From an uncultured OCS116 cluster bacterium (GTDB lineage: Bacteria; Pseudomonadota; Alphaproteobacteria; Rhizobiales; TMED25), in assembly GCA_902633855.1 (NCBI GenBank), contig CACPHU010000002.1:37339-101338 (forward strand): a DNA stretch of 64,000 nt, in the 5' to 3' direction. Within the stretch, counting starts at the first letter, position 1. Every line of letters starts with the position of its first letter. The position numbers and the translations under genes are program-made. This document shows, piece by piece, positions 49,690-60,866 of the stretch. The notes below the pieces were generated by a model. It ran no database searches, had not been told where the DNA came from, and was given only the letters and a program-made list of their open reading frames with translations.

Positions 49690-50486
49690 TAAAGTGATTT
49701 CGTTCCATATTGTTTCATATTCTGAAGATTTTTATGATTTGTACTAATTACTTGGCTTAATTTTTTTGTGAGATAATTTGCAATCTTTTCTTGACCATCC
49801 TCATCTGCAATCAAGTCATTTCTAATCTCGATTAAAACATGCGGCAAGCCCCTTGATGTTGCGTGTGTGAATAGAGTATCCCCTCTTAAGTAGCCTTTGT
49901 ATGGCTGGTTATCGCCGATGACATAATTATTATCACGTTCTAATAAATCAATAAGTGGCGCCGATATTCTATCATCAGAGTCCCACAGTATTGATATTTC
50001 CCATGGCCGAATTTTATCTCTGAATTTACGAGTAAAAGAGTGAATAGAAATCAAAATAGGCACAATACTGTCATTTAATAGAGATGCTATAACATCTTCA
50101 ATCTTTTCATGATATTGATTATAAAACTCTCGTATTCTCATCTTTGTATCCCGATCAGTAATGCTCCTATTACCAGGAATTATATATTTATCTGCGAAAA
50201 GCATTATCGATGTAGGATCATCAACCGATCTATTTGGATCAATTAGTAGGCGTGAAAAATTTGATAAAATGGCTTGTGCATTCATTAAATTAGCCATTTT
50301 TTGTGTTAGCCCCGCAGCACCAATGTCATATGAAATGTGTTCTGATAATAATTTCTGAGATAATCCTAAGTTTTTATATTTTGAAGGTATTATGTTAGAT
50401 GCATGATCACAAATAAAGAGAATATTTGTATTATTATTTTTAATTGTGTTGTAGGGCTGGGTAATATCTCGATCTCTATTTCCCAT
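49689..50486 (-). CDS. N-formylglutamate amidohydrolase family protein
   Basis: 265 aa with CDHASN, the DPNR motif (LIDPNRS), SIHSF and IEIRNDL. Confidence 0.8.
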   Translation of the reverse strand: MGNRDRDITQPYNTIKNNNTNILFICDHASNIIPSKYKNLGLSQKLLSEHISYDIGAAGLTQKMANLMNAQAILSNFSRLLIDPNRSVDDPTSIMLFADKYIIPGNRSITDRDTKMRIREFYNQYHEKIEDVIASLLNDSIVPILISIHSFTRKFRDKIRPWEISILWDSDDRISAPLIDLLERDNNYVIGDNQPYKGYLRGDTLFTHATSRGLPHVLIEIRNDLIADEDGQEKIANYLTKKLSQVISTNHKNLQNMKQYGTKSL

Positions 50487-50498
50487 TGGTATTTTAAA

Positions 50499-50624
50499 TT
50501 AACCTTGCCTTGCTTTGAAACGCTTATTGACTTTATTGATTACATATAGGCGACCTCTTCGTCGCACGACTCTGTTTGCGCGATGCCTACTTTTCAGTGA
50601 TTTTAGCGAATTCTTTACTTTCAT
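50499..50624 (-). CDS. rpmJ: 50S ribosomal protein L36 (Cys-less form)
   Basis: Not in the ORF track (41 aa). Manual translation gives [41 protein letters not shown], with AGGGA upstream of the ATG. It replaces the spurious plus-strand ORF at 50515..50742. Confidence 0.9.
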   Translation of the reverse strand: MKVKNSLKSLKSRHRANRVVRRRGRLYVINKVNKRFKARQG

Positions 50625-50684
50625 TTTATTCCCTAGTTACTATTATTTCCCAATTTTAATAAAGTCAAGGAAATGTTTAACTAC

Positions 50685-52106
50685 CTATCTCGGAAGATTT
50701 GTTTGCCCCATAAGGTATTTGTCTACAGAATGCGCAACTTGACGCCCTTCCCTGATTGCCCAAACAACTAAGGATTGACCGCGTCGCATATCCCCAGCTA
50801 CAAAAATCTTATTGATATTTGTCATGTAATCATTTTCGTTTGCTTGAACGTTGCCCCTATCATTTAGTGAAACACCGATTTGCTTCAGCAAACCCTCATG
50901 AATTGGATGAACAAAACCCATAGCTAACAGAACTAGGTCAGCTTTAATTTTAAAAGCAGAGTTATCAATTTTTTTAAGATTGTCATCAACTCTTATACAA
51001 TTAAGCCCTGTTAAAATCCCATCAGAACCTTCAAAACTTTCAGTTAAGACTGAAAAATCACGCATTGCGCCTTCAGCTTGACTTGATGATGTTCTCATTT
51101 TTAGCGGCCAATATGGCCAAGTCATCTGTTTATTTTCTTTCTCAGGTGGTTCGGGCATTATCTCTAGCTGAGTAACTGATAATGCACCTTGCCTGAAAGA
51201 TGTTCCAATGCAATCTGATCCGGTGTCTCCACCCCCAATGACAACCACATGCTTCCCGTTTGCTGTGATCGATTTTTCATTTTCAGAGATTTCGTATGAG
51301 ATAACTTTGTTCTGTAGAGGCAAAAAATCCATTGCGAAATGAATCCCGCTAAGATCTCTTCCTTCAATTGGTAAATCACGCGGTTTCTCTGATCCGCCTG
51401 ATAATATAATTGCATCATAGTTTTTTTCAATGTCTGCCATACTCAAATCTATACCAATATTTTTTTCAAAATGAAAGGTTACACCTTCGGCTTGCATTTG
51501 CTCGACTCGCCTATCAATATGATGCTTCTCCATTTTGAAATCAGGAATACCATACCTGAGCAACCCCCCAGCTTTTGAATTTTTTTCATAGACATCAACA
51601 GAGTGTCCTTGTCTTGCGAGCTGTTGAGCGGCAGCGAGGCCTGCTGGTCCTGATCCAATTATTGCAATATTTTTACCAGTTTTCTCAGTTGATACCATTG
51701 GCTTTATCCAGCCATTTTGCCATGCTTTATCAACTATTGCGCATTCAATCGTCTTAATGGTTACTGGCTCATCAGTTATATTTAAGGTGCACGATGCTTC
51801 ACAAGGTGCTGGGCATATTCGCCCTGTGAACTCAGGAAAATTATTTGTAGAGTGTAAATTGGCAGATGCCTGTTCCCAATTATCTGAATACACAAGATCG
51901 TTCCAATCAGGTATTTGGTTATTTACTGGGCACCCAGTATGACAAAATGGGATACCACAATCCATACATCTTGCAGCTTGACTCTTTGTTTCTGCGTCTC
52001 CTAGGGGAATCACAAACTCTTTGTAATTTCTAATTCTGTCAGAAGCAGGTTTATATTTCCTATCATGCCTGTCTATTTCGAGAAAACCTGTTACTTTACC
52101 CATCAC
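50685..52106 (-). CDS. gltD: Glutamate synthase small subunit
   Basis: 473 aa with Fe-S Cys clusters ([15 protein letters not shown]) and dinucleotide motifs [12 protein letters not shown] and [11 protein letters not shown]. Confidence 0.93.
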   Translation of the reverse strand: MMGKVTGFLEIDRHDRKYKPASDRIRNYKEFVIPLGDAETKSQAARCMDCGIPFCHTGCPVNNQIPDWNDLVYSDNWEQASANLHSTNNFPEFTGRICPAPCEASCTLNITDEPVTIKTIECAIVDKAWQNGWIKPMVSTEKTGKNIAIIGSGPAGLAAAQQLARQGHSVDVYEKNSKAGGLLRYGIPDFKMEKHHIDRRVEQMQAEGVTFHFEKNIGIDLSMADIEKNYDAIILSGGSEKPRDLPIEGRDLSGIHFAMDFLPLQNKVISYEISENEKSITANGKHVVVIGGGDTGSDCIGTSFRQGALSVTQLEIMPEPPEKENKQMTWPYWPLKMRTSSSQAEGAMRDFSVLTESFEGSDGILTGLNCIRVDDNLKKIDNSAFKIKADLVLLAMGFVHPIHEGLLKQIGVSLNDRGNVQANENDYMTNINKIFVAGDMRRGQSLVVWAIREGRQVAHSVDKYLMGQTNLPR

Positions 52107-52128
52107 ATTACCTTCTAAAATCTTTGAG

Positions 52129-55100
52129 TTATTTAACTAATTCCATTTTTTGTTTTTCTATTTCAGCCAAAGCTCTTCTATAATCGACTGGCATTACTTT
52201 AACAAATTTTGGTAAAAATTCATCCCAGTTATCCAGAATTTTTTTCGCCTTATCTGAGTTTGTATAATTATAGTGATTCTGGACCAATTTGTATATCCTC
52301 TCTGCGTCAAATTTTGTCATTGACTTCATGAGATCTACTTTACCCTTTGTTTCAAGGTCACCTCCCTGATGTTGAAGTCTTTCTAACAAGTCATCTTCCG
52401 ATGTGATTGGCTCTAATTCAACCATTGAAAGGTTACACCTATCACTAAAGTTACCAAACTCATCCAATACATATGCAACTCCGCCTGACATACCAGCAGC
52501 AAAGTTTCTTCCTGTTTCACCTAATATTACAGCACATCCACCCGTCATATATTCGCAACCATGGTCTCCTGTTCCTTCGACTACAGCGATTGCACCAGAA
52601 TTTCTCACAGCAAAACGTTCGCCAGCTATACCTCTAAAGTAACACTCACCACTGATCCCGCCATATAAAACTGTGTTTCCCACAATCATGCTTTTATTTG
52701 GGTTAATCTTAGTATTTGGATTTGGATAAACTATTAATTTGCCGCCTGATAACCCCTTACCGACATAGTCATTCGCCTCTCCAATCAACTCCATAGTAAT
52801 ACCGTGTGAAACAAATGCACCAAAACTTTGTCCAGACGTACCAGTAAATTTGAGATGTATCGTATCTTCCGGAAGGCCCTTGTGACCATATTTTTTAGCA
52901 ATCTGGTTTGATAGCATTGCCCCTGTTGTTCTGTCCACATTACTTATTTCTTTCTCAATTAGCACAGGCTTTTGATTTTCAATTGATTGTTTGGCTAATA
53001 AAATCAATTCACGATCCAGAACACTATCTAAGTTATGATCTTGATCTTCGCTGTTATAAACTTTCTCGTCTTTATCTGTTAGTGGTTTATATAAAACCCT
53101 GCTTAAATCTATACCTTTTGCTTTCCATTGCTCTATCACATCTTTTTTATCTAACATCTGGCTTTGTCCGATCATCTCATTAAATGACTTGAAGCCCATT
53201 TCGGCCATATATTTTCGTACTTCTTCCGCTACAAAAAAGAAGTAATTGACTACATGTTCAGGCGTGCCTGTAAATCTTTTTCTTAACTCTGGATCCTGGG
53301 TTGCGACTCCAACTGGACATGTATTTAGATGGCATTTTCTCATCATAATACAACCAGAAGCAACTAATGGAGCTGTTGAGAAACCAAACTCATCTGCGCC
53401 AAGTAAAGCGCCAATAACAACATCTCGTCCTGTTCGTAAACCACCATCAACTTGGACTGTAATTCTTTCTCGTAATTTATTGATGACAAGAGTCTGGTGT
53501 GTTTCACTGATACCAATCTCCCATGGTGACCCGGCATGCTTGATTGATGTCAGTGGACTTGCACCTGTGCCCCCTTCATAACCAGAGATTGTGAGATGAT
53601 CAGATTTAGCTTTTGCAACACCTGCCGCAACAGTTCCTACTCCTACTTCGGACACGAGCTTCACACTAATCTTTGCTTCTTGATTTGCATTTTTTAAGTC
53701 ATAAATGAGCTGTGCAAGATCCTCAATTGAGTATATGTCATGGTGAGGTGGAGGTGAAATAAGTCCAACACCTGGAGTTGAATATCTCACTTTAGCAATC
53801 ACAGCATCAACTTTATGGCCGGGAAGCTGACCTCCTTCACCAGGCTTTGCTCCTTGCGCCATTTTTATTTGTATCATATCCGCATTTGTTAGATATTCTG
53901 CAGTCACACCAAATCTTCCTGAAGCAACTTGTTTAATTGCAGAGCGCATCGTATCCCCATTAGGCAGTGGTATGAAACGATCAACTTCTTCTCCGCCCTC
54001 TCCTGTATTGGATTTACCACCAATTCTATTCATTGCTATCGCAAGATTCGTATGAGCTTCTCTACTTATGGAGCCAAACGACATTGCACCCGTTGAAAAC
54101 CTTTTTACTATCTCTTTTGCCGGTTCAACTTCTTCTATTGATATTTTTTTTCTTTTATCTTCTTTTGCGTCTTTAATTTTCATCAAACCACGGATGGTAA
54201 GCAATCTTTTGTCTTGCTCATTAATTTCGTCAGCATAAGCATTATATTTATCCTGAGCGTTACCCCTAACGGCGTGCTGTAATGAGCTTATTGTATTATA
54301 GGTCCAAGCATGATCTTCTCCTCGAGTTCTTTGAGCATATTCTCCCCCAACATCGAGAGTTATTTTTAAGATGTCTGGGCTGTTGTAAGCTAACTCGTGC
54401 CTTGCAATAGTCTCCCTAGCGATATCATTAATATTCACGCCACCTATCTGTGAGTGAGTACCAGTGAAATAGGCATCAATTACACTTTGATCGAGTCCTA
54501 TTGCATCAAATATTTGAGCTCCACAGTATGATTGGTATGTTGATATACCCATTTTTGACATCACCTTCAAAATACCTTTATCAACTGCTTTAATAAATCT
54601 ACTTTGAGACTCTGTTTTTGAAATTTCTTCGTCTAGTGACTGTCTAATTTGTTCGATTGTTTCAAAGGCTAAATATGGATTTATAGCTTCAGCGCCATAG
54701 CCTGCAAGCGTACAAAAATGATGAACTTCTCTTGCTTCACCAGTCTCTACTACTAATCCGACAGATGTTCTTAGACCTTTTTTAATCAAATAATGGTGAA
54801 CCGCTGCGGTGGCAAGCAAGGAAGGTATAGGGATGCGTGATTCATTTGTGTATCTGTCAGATAGAATAATTATGTTGTGCCCCTCATTTACTACTCTTTC
54901 TGCTTTCATACAAAGCTTGTTTAATACTTCTGTCAGGTCAATTTGGGGTTTATCATTTGCGAATGTAATATCAAGAGTTCTTGCCCTGAAATAGTTTTCG
55001 GAGAGCTCGCTTACATATCTTATTTTTTCTAGGTCTTCATTTGTCAATATTGGTTGCCTAACTTCTAATCTTTTCAATGATGAGTTCTTGTGAGGGTCAA

Positions 55101-56778
55101 GCAGATTTGGTCTCGGTCCTATGAAAGACACTAGTGACATAACAAGCTCTTCTCTTATTGGATCGATTGGCGGATTAGTAACTTGGGCGAAAAGTTGTTT
55201 GAAATAGGTGAACAGTGATTTTGACTTATCAGAAAGTGATGATATTGGAACATCATTCCCCATTGAGCCGATTGCCTCTTGTCCGGTTGTAACCATGGGT
55301 GATAATAAGAATTTTAGGTCTTCTTGAGTATATCCGAAAGCTTTTTGTAGGCTTAGTATGTCTTTATTTTGAGAGTGATTAATTTCATTTACCTTTGGTA
55401 AATCCTCAAGAATAACTTGACTATTTGCCAACCACTCTTCGTATGGGTGGGCATTAGCCATACTTTCTTTTAACTCATCATCCGCAATAATTTCTCCCTT
55501 TTGCAAATCAATAAGCAGCATTTTTCCTGGCTGAAGTCTCCACTTCTCAGTTATGTTCTCTTCCTTTACTGGAAGCACACCCATTTCAGAAGATAATATT
55601 ACTCTGTCATCATCTGTTTTGAAGTACCTCGCAGGTCTTAATCCATTTCTGTCAAGTGTTGCACCAATTTGGTTTCCATCCGTGAACGCAATTGCAGCGG
55701 GACCGTCCCATGGTTCCATCATTGAGGCCTGATGTTCATAAAATGCCTTCCTAGTTTTCGGCATAATTTCGTTGCCAGTCCATGCTTCAGGGATCATTGT
55801 CATCATTGCGTGCGATATTGAGTAACCACTGTTAACCAAAAGCTCAAGTACGTTGTCAAAACAGGCCGAGTCTGATTGGCCGTCAACCACAATAGGCCAT
55901 ATTTTCTTAATATCATCGCCAAGAAGATCAGACTTTAATGTTGAAAGTCTTGCCTTTAACCAATTAACATTTCCCCTCAGTGTATTTATTTCTCCGTTAT
56001 GGCATATCATCCTAAATGGCTGTGCTAGACTCCAAGTTGGAAAAGTATTTGTAGAAAACCTTTGGTGAACAAGTGCTAGTGCGGATTTAAAAAGTGGGTC
56101 GTTTAAATCTAAGTAATATTCAGCAAGCTGGTCAGATAGAAGCATTCCTTTGTATAGAAGTGTTTTTGAAGAGAGTGAGCACATATAAAAATCGTCGAGT
56201 GGCTTGCTTTGATCACCCAAAAACATGCGATAAATGTTTTTCCGAGTAACAAATAACTTTCTTTCTAGTGCATGCTGATCCGATAACTCCTCATCTGATG
56301 CGACAAACATTTGTAGATGAAATGGTTCAGTTGGCTTAACCGAATAGCCTAACCCGTTGTTATTTACGGGTATATCTCTCAAAACAAGAATCTTTAGGTT
56401 TTCATTTTCAACAATCTTCTTAATTTGTTTAATGTAATTTTCTCTTTTTTTCTTTTCTTTTGGTAAAAATATATTACCAACACCGTAACTGCCAAGGCTA
56501 GGGAGCTCCACACCAAGATCGGCTGTTACTTTTCTCAGGAATTCATCTGGGATTTGGGTTAGTAATCCACAACCATCACCTGCTTTTGGATCAGCTCCGA
56601 CGGCTCCTCGATGAGTGAGATTTTCAAGGATTGACAGACCGTCTTTAACTATCTGGTGTGATTTTTTATTTTTGATATTCGCAACAAATCCAATACCACA
56701 GGCATCATGTTCGTTTCTTGGATTATATAGGCCTTTATCAATTGTTTCTTTTACATTATTTTCTATGTGTTTAAACAT
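52129..56778 (-). CDS. gltB: Glutamate synthase large subunit
   Basis: 1549 aa. Ntn amidotransferase start (HDACGIGF), FMN/3Fe-4S domain and C-terminal GXGXG beta-helix domain. Confidence 0.95.
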   Translation of the reverse strand: MFKHIENNVKETIDKGLYNPRNEHDACGIGFVANIKNKKSHQIVKDGLSILENLTHRGAVGADPKAGDGCGLLTQIPDEFLRKVTADLGVELPSLGSYGVGNIFLPKEKKKRENYIKQIKKIVENENLKILVLRDIPVNNNGLGYSVKPTEPFHLQMFVASDEELSDQHALERKLFVTRKNIYRMFLGDQSKPLDDFYMCSLSSKTLLYKGMLLSDQLAEYYLDLNDPLFKSALALVHQRFSTNTFPTWSLAQPFRMICHNGEINTLRGNVNWLKARLSTLKSDLLGDDIKKIWPIVVDGQSDSACFDNVLELLVNSGYSISHAMMTMIPEAWTGNEIMPKTRKAFYEHQASMMEPWDGPAAIAFTDGNQIGATLDRNGLRPARYFKTDDDRVILSSEMGVLPVKEENITEKWRLQPGKMLLIDLQKGEIIADDELKESMANAHPYEEWLANSQVILEDLPKVNEINHSQNKDILSLQKAFGYTQEDLKFLLSPMVTTGQEAIGSMGNDVPISSLSDKSKSLFTYFKQLFAQVTNPPIDPIREELVMSLVSFIGPRPNLLDPHKNSSLKRLEVRQPILTNEDLEKIRYVSELSENYFRARTLDITFANDKPQIDLTEVLNKLCMKAERVVNEGHNIIILSDRYTNESRIPIPSLLATAAVHHYLIKKGLRTSVGLVVETGEAREVHHFCTLAGYGAEAINPYLAFETIEQIRQSLDEEISKTESQSRFIKAVDKGILKVMSKMGISTYQSYCGAQIFDAIGLDQSVIDAYFTGTHSQIGGVNINDIARETIARHELAYNSPDILKITLDVGGEYAQRTRGEDHAWTYNTISSLQHAVRGNAQDKYNAYADEINEQDKRLLTIRGLMKIKDAKEDKRKKISIEEVEPAKEIVKRFSTGAMSFGSISREAHTNLAIAMNRIGGKSNTGEGGEEVDRFIPLPNGDTMRSAIKQVASGRFGVTAEYLTNADMIQIKMAQGAKPGEGGQLPGHKVDAVIAKVRYSTPGVGLISPPPHHDIYSIEDLAQLIYDLKNANQEAKISVKLVSEVGVGTVAAGVAKAKSDHLTISGYEGGTGASPLTSIKHAGSPWEIGISETHQTLVINKLRERITVQVDGGLRTGRDVVIGALLGADEFGFSTAPLVASGCIMMRKCHLNTCPVGVATQDPELRKRFTGTPEHVVNYFFFVAEEVRKYMAEMGFKSFNEMIGQSQMLDKKDVIEQWKAKGIDLSRVLYKPLTDKDEKVYNSEDQDHNLDSVLDRELILLAKQSIENQKPVLIEKEISNVDRTTGAMLSNQIAKKYGHKGLPEDTIHLKFTGTSGQSFGAFVSHGITMELIGEANDYVGKGLSGGKLIVYPNPNTKINPNKSMIVGNTVLYGGISGECYFRGIAGERFAVRNSGAIAVVEGTGDHGCEYMTGGCAVILGETGRNFAAGMSGGVAYVLDEFGNFSDRCNLSMVELEPITSEDDLLERLQHQGGDLETKGKVDLMKSMTKFDAERIYKLVQNHYNYTNSDKAKKILDNWDEFLPKFVKVMPVDYRRALAEIEKQKMELVK

Positions 56779-56931
56779 TAATCACCGATTTCATAAAGTA
56801 ATATAATAAACGAGTATAACAGATATACGATACATATAATAATTTATATCAAAAAATCTAGATGATATTGCCTAAAAAATGGATTAATTTATACGCCCTG
56901 AGGTTATTTTATAATATGCTCAATAATTACA

Positions 56932-58782
56932 ATGAAGAATCTGACGGAAATATATAAGGGTGAAGGTGCAAAAAGTGATCCTGCATCTGAATATGACATA
57001 TCCAATAGGCAAAAAATGTCCAAAAAAAATTATCCCTTATCAAATTCCCATAGCATATATTGGATTGAAACAGACATAGATAAAGGTGGTTTATCTTCAA
57101 TCATCCAATACAACTTTGAGTTCTTGCAATCAATTAATTTAAGTGGCACAGAATTTAATGTAAAAAGCAAAATACATGAATATGGTGGGATACCATATCA
57201 TATCGATGAGATGCGAATATTTTTTGTTAACAGCGATGATCAAAACATTTACAAAATTGAAAATAAAAAAATAACTAAAATTACCAATCTTCAAAATGTT
57301 AAAATTGGTGAAATTATATCATATAAAAATCATCTTTATTTTATTGTTGAGGATAGCAGCAGTGATAGCAATAAGTATCCCATCAACTATATTGCGTATT
57401 TGAATCTTGAGGATACTAAAAATATAAAAAAAATAATAGCTGGGGCATCTTTTTATACAAATTTGAAAATATCAAGAGATGGATTAAAGTTATTATGGCT
57501 TGAATGGGATTTGCCTTTCATGCCTTGGGAAGCCTCTAAGCTTATCTCAGCAGCTCTTTCAGCCCAAGGAGTTGTAGGTGAATTGCGACAAATAGATGGT
57601 GGGCTTGGTCGCTCCATTTTTCAGCCTGAATGGGACGGGGATGATATCATTTATGTTCGTGAAGATTTTGATAGTGGAAAATTATTCAGATACGACAATA
57701 AAGGTGAGGACCTAATCAGTGATTTGACGGTTGATCTTATGAAGCCATTGTGGGTGACAGGTCTATCAAGTTACAAAATAATAAATGATCAATTGATTTT
57801 TGCGTCTGGCTGGAAGGAAGGCCGCATGAAACAGATTGTTATTAATAGAATTGAAAACAAATTTGATGAGTATGACTTTAATTTCATATCTGACCAATTT
57901 TGTGTGAAAGATAATTTCGTTATATTTTCAGGTTCGACAGAAAATTCTAGTAATGAAATATTTTATTTAGATACTGTTATACTTCCCCCAAAAAAAATAA
58001 ATGTGAGCAGAGAAGTGTATCAAACAGAGTGTGTTAATGACTGCTATATCAATCATTTTAAACCCCATAACCGAAAAGAAAATGGCTCTGCCATTATAAA
58101 GATACACAGTGGTCCAACTAGTTGCTCAAACTATACTTATTCAAACGAGAGGGAATACTGGAGAGATAGAGGGTTTGGCTTCATTGAAATAGACTACAGA
58201 GGAAGTACAAATTATGGGATAGATTACAGGAAAACCTTAGATGGTAACTGGGGTATTTATGATACACAGGACGTTATTGATGTAATAAATTACTTATCAG
58301 AAATGGGTTTTTATGATCCAAAAAAGATCATACTAAAAGGATCGAGTGCTGGGGGTTTTACCTTACTTAATAGTTTATGCGAAGATATTGATGTAGGATG
58401 TGCAAGTTGTTATTATGGGGTCAGTGATCTTGGAAGTCTATTAAAAGATACACACAAATTCGAATCCGGTTATACAAATAGTCTTATCGGTGTTAATGAA
58501 AATAAATCAAATCTTGATAATCTGTTGCAGTCCAGATCACCAATCTTAAAAATTGAAAAAATAAAAACCCCAATAATATTTTTTCAGGGGATGAACGATC
58601 CAGTTGTACAACCTGATCAAACAAAGAAAATATATGATCAATTGATTTTAAATGGCATTGATGCAAAAATGTACCTATTTGAGAATGAAGGTCACGGTTT
58701 TCGAATGAAGAATACTATTGATAAATGTCGCTTTGCTGAAGAGCAATTTTTTTCAAAACACCTTGATATGAATGATGCTTAA
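56932..58782 (+). CDS. S9 family serine peptidase (prolyl oligopeptidase/dipeptidyl aminopeptidase-like)
   Basis: 616 aa. N-terminal propeller-like region and C-terminal alpha/beta hydrolase with nucleophile elbow GSSAGG, GMNDPVV and GHGF. Confidence 0.8.
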   Translation: MKNLTEIYKGEGAKSDPASEYDISNRQKMSKKNYPLSNSHSIYWIETDIDKGGLSSIIQYNFEFLQSINLSGTEFNVKSKIHEYGGIPYHIDEMRIFFVNSDDQNIYKIENKKITKITNLQNVKIGEIISYKNHLYFIVEDSSSDSNKYPINYIAYLNLEDTKNIKKIIAGASFYTNLKISRDGLKLLWLEWDLPFMPWEASKLISAALSAQGVVGELRQIDGGLGRSIFQPEWDGDDIIYVREDFDSGKLFRYDNKGEDLISDLTVDLMKPLWVTGLSSYKIINDQLIFASGWKEGRMKQIVINRIENKFDEYDFNFISDQFCVKDNFVIFSGSTENSSNEIFYLDTVILPPKKINVSREVYQTECVNDCYINHFKPHNRKENGSAIIKIHSGPTSCSNYTYSNEREYWRDRGFGFIEIDYRGSTNYGIDYRKTLDGNWGIYDTQDVIDVINYLSEMGFYDPKKIILKGSSAGGFTLLNSLCEDIDVGCASCYYGVSDLGSLLKDTHKFESGYTNSLIGVNENKSNLDNLLQSRSPILKIEKIKTPIIFFQGMNDPVVQPDQTKKIYDQLILNGIDAKMYLFENEGHGFRMKNTIDKCRFAEEQFFSKHLDMNDA

Positions 58783-58784
58783 TT

Positions 58785-59840
58785 ATGATTGATTTTAGAA
58801 GTGATAATGTGCACTCTGTGCCAGATCAAATAATTAATGCTCTTGTAGATGCAAATAAGGGGACTATTTCTTCTTATGGTAGCGATCAGTTGACTAAAAA
58901 GGCTTGCGATCTATTGTCAAAAACCTTCAATAAAGATCTATCATCTTTTTTTGTTTCAACCGGTACTGCAGCAAACTCTCTTGCGCTATCAAGTATCACA
59001 CCTTCCTTTGGCACAATATTTTGTGGTGAAGACAGTCATATATATCTCGAAGAATGTAATGCGCCTGAATTCTTTTCAAATAGCGCTAAACTATTCCCAA
59101 TTCCAACTTTGGAAGGGAAAATTATTACCGAAGATTTAGATAGATATGTATCAAGTCATCCCAGTGATAAATTTGATATGGTCGCATCAAGCTTGAGTAT
59201 ATCGCAAGCAACAGAATGTGGAACAATCTATACAGAAAAAGAGATTGACCGTATTTTTAGAATAGCAAAACAGAAAAATTTAAATATTCATATGGATGGC
59301 GCACGCTTTGCAAATGTAGTTGCCGCAACAAACAAAAATCCATCAGACCTAACTTGGGGGTTGGGTGTTGATGTATTATCATTTGGTACAACAAAAAATG
59401 GGACCTTGTCTGCTGAAGCGGTTTTGTTCTTCAATAAAGAGTTATGTGAAAATATGAATCAATATTTAAAGAGATCTGGACATCTACTATCAAAAATGAG
59501 ATATCTATCGGCTCAAATTATTGGCTATCTTGAGAATGATCTTTGGCTGGAGCTTGCGAAAAAAGCAAATCATCAAGCAAATAAATTAGGCAAAGAATTA
59601 AAAAAATTTGACTTCATAAAGCTACCCTGGGATAGAGAGATAAATGAAGTATTTCTATTAATTCCTAATGAATTGGAAAAATATCTGGAAAAGAATAATA
59701 TTAAGTTTCATGAATGGACAAAAGTATCTTTGAATAAAAAATATGTTGACGATAAATCAAAATTTATAAGGTTGGTGACTTCATACAACACAACAGATGA
59801 TGAAATATATAATTTATCTGAATTAATCACGAGATTTTGA
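58785..59840 (+). CDS. ltaE: Low-specificity L-threonine aldolase (beta-eliminating lyase family)
   Basis: 351 aa with IDFRSDN, HMDGARF and the PLP-lysine segment SFGTTKNG. Confidence 0.85.
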   Translation: MIDFRSDNVHSVPDQIINALVDANKGTISSYGSDQLTKKACDLLSKTFNKDLSSFFVSTGTAANSLALSSITPSFGTIFCGEDSHIYLEECNAPEFFSNSAKLFPIPTLEGKIITEDLDRYVSSHPSDKFDMVASSLSISQATECGTIYTEKEIDRIFRIAKQKNLNIHMDGARFANVVAATNKNPSDLTWGLGVDVLSFGTTKNGTLSAEAVLFFNKELCENMNQYLKRSGHLLSKMRYLSAQIIGYLENDLWLELAKKANHQANKLGKELKKFDFIKLPWDREINEVFLLIPNELEKYLEKNNIKFHEWTKVSLNKKYVDDKSKFIRLVTSYNTTDDEIYNLSELITRF

Positions 59841-59844
59841 TGTT

Positions 59845-59872
59845 TGTGGTGGAATATTTCTATTCCACCACA
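59845..59872. terminator. Bidirectional intrinsic-terminator hairpin between convergent ltaE and hsp20
   Basis: Perfect 12-bp inverted repeat TGTGGTGGAATA-tttc-TATTCCACCACA (59845..59856 / 59861..59872). It starts 5 nt after the ltaE stop and ends 8 nt before the hsp20 stop. TTTGAAAT follows on the plus strand. Confidence 0.65.
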
Positions 59873-59879
59873 TTTGAAA

Positions 59880-60314
59880 TTATCCTTCAATAACTTTACT
59901 TGTAGATATTTCAATTTTCCTTGGCTTCATTGCCTCCGGTAATTCCCTTACAAGTATGATGTTAAGTAGACCGTTTGATAGGTTTGCGGAGTCAACTTCA
60001 ACATAATCAGCAAGTCTGAAACTTCTTTCAAAGTTTCGGGTCGCAATCCCTTTATGCAGATACTCCTTTTCGTCATCCTTAGAAATATCTCCCTTTACGG
60101 ATAGTATATTTTCCTTTACATCAATATTTAGATCACTTTCATCAAAACCTGATACGGCCATAGTGATACCGTATTTGTTGTCTTCAAGTTTTTCAATGTT
60201 GTACGGTGGGTAACCAGTTGGAACATCGACATTAATAGTATCAAGCATTTGTGCTAATCTATCAAAGCCAATTGAAGTTCTGTATAGTGGTGTTAAATCA
60301 AATGTGTGCATCAT
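59880..60314 (-). CDS. Hsp20/IbpA-family small heat-shock protein
   Basis: Alpha-crystallin domain (PPYNIEKLEDNKYGITMAVSGF..., LLNIILVRELPE). I prefer the ATG at 60314 (MMHTFDLTPLY...), which has GGAGGA 6 nt upstream. The track's longer N-terminus is unlikely. Confidence 0.9.
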   Translation of the reverse strand: MMHTFDLTPLYRTSIGFDRLAQMLDTINVDVPTGYPPYNIEKLEDNKYGITMAVSGFDESDLNIDVKENILSVKGDISKDDEKEYLHKGIATRNFERSFRLADYVEVDSANLSNGLLNIILVRELPEAMKPRKIEISTSKVIEG

Positions 60315-60316
60315 AT

Positions 60317-60400
60317 CATATCCTCCTTTGAGCAACATGTTAATTTTATGCAGACCCATTAAGGCGTCTACATTACAAATGTAGTTATCATTAAAAAATA
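60317..60400 (-). promoter_or_regulatory. ROSE-like RNA thermometer in the hsp20 5' UTR (5' limit uncertain)
   Basis: The minus-strand RNA CAUGUUGCUCAAAGGAGGAUAUG (60339..60317) folds so that CAUGUU(G)CUC pairs with GAGGAUAUG. This occludes the SD, leaves one bulged G, and contains the UYGCU motif typical of ROSE. Upstream hairpins lie at 60368..60384 (CUACAUU-UGU-AAUGUAG) and 60350..60371. Confidence 0.45.
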
Positions 60401-60470
60401 ATTCAAGTAACATTGTGTTATTTTTGTTTTCTGTTAGGATTTCAACTCGTAAATTTTAAATGAGTATTTC

Positions 60471-60863
60471 ATGGAATCCTTTGATTTTGAAATTGAACGG
60501 GAATTTAGTCCTTTAGTTCATGTTGAAAAGAAACTTGGTTTTTATGATCAAGGAGATGTATCAATTGCTTGCTGGGAGCCTGGCCAAGTTAGCCCCAACC
60601 ACTGCCATCCTGATGCTGTAGAAATTTATTTCTGTTACGAGGGTGGGGGTATAATGCGAACAGAAAATGAAGAACTGAAAGTAAAAAAAGGTTGTTTTGT
60701 TGTTCATCCTAAGGGTGAGCTTCACGAATTCACTACGGGTCAGGAGAGGACAATATTATTCCGAGTTCGTTATGGCAATTCAATGATTTCACGTACAAAA
60801 GATTGGCCTACTAACCCTACTTGGCAGGCAACAGATCAGGATCGAGAATATTTTTCTACTTGA
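60471..60863 (+). CDS. Cupin domain protein
   Basis: 130 aa with a two-motif cupin signature (PGQVSPNHCHPDAVEIYF..., HPKGELHEF). Confidence 0.7.
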   Translation: MESFDFEIEREFSPLVHVEKKLGFYDQGDVSIACWEPGQVSPNHCHPDAVEIYFCYEGGGIMRTENEELKVKKGCFVVHPKGELHEFTTGQERTILFRVRYGNSMISRTKDWPTNPTWQATDQDREYFST

Positions 60864-60866
60864 GTT

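Noticed and set aside
50515-50742. A 75-aa plus-strand ORF in the gltD / amidohydrolase spacer.
   Set aside because: The opposite strand encodes a textbook L36 (50499..50624), and the 3' part of the ORF overlaps gltD. The plus-strand translation has no recognisable features.
56779-56931. The long 5' region of gltB, checked for a glutamine- or glycine-type riboswitch or another structured leader.
   Set aside because: I found no conserved riboswitch core sequences or stable helices by eye. The sequence is almost pure A/T.
60385-60420. A possible sigma-32 promoter for hsp20 (CTTGAA ... CTACATTT on the minus strand).
   Set aside because: The spacer between the -35-like CTTGAA and the -10-like element is 17 nt (19 nt counted from CTTG). 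That is longer than sigma-32 consensus spacing as I recall it, and the -10 match is poor. It is not supportable without transcription-start data.
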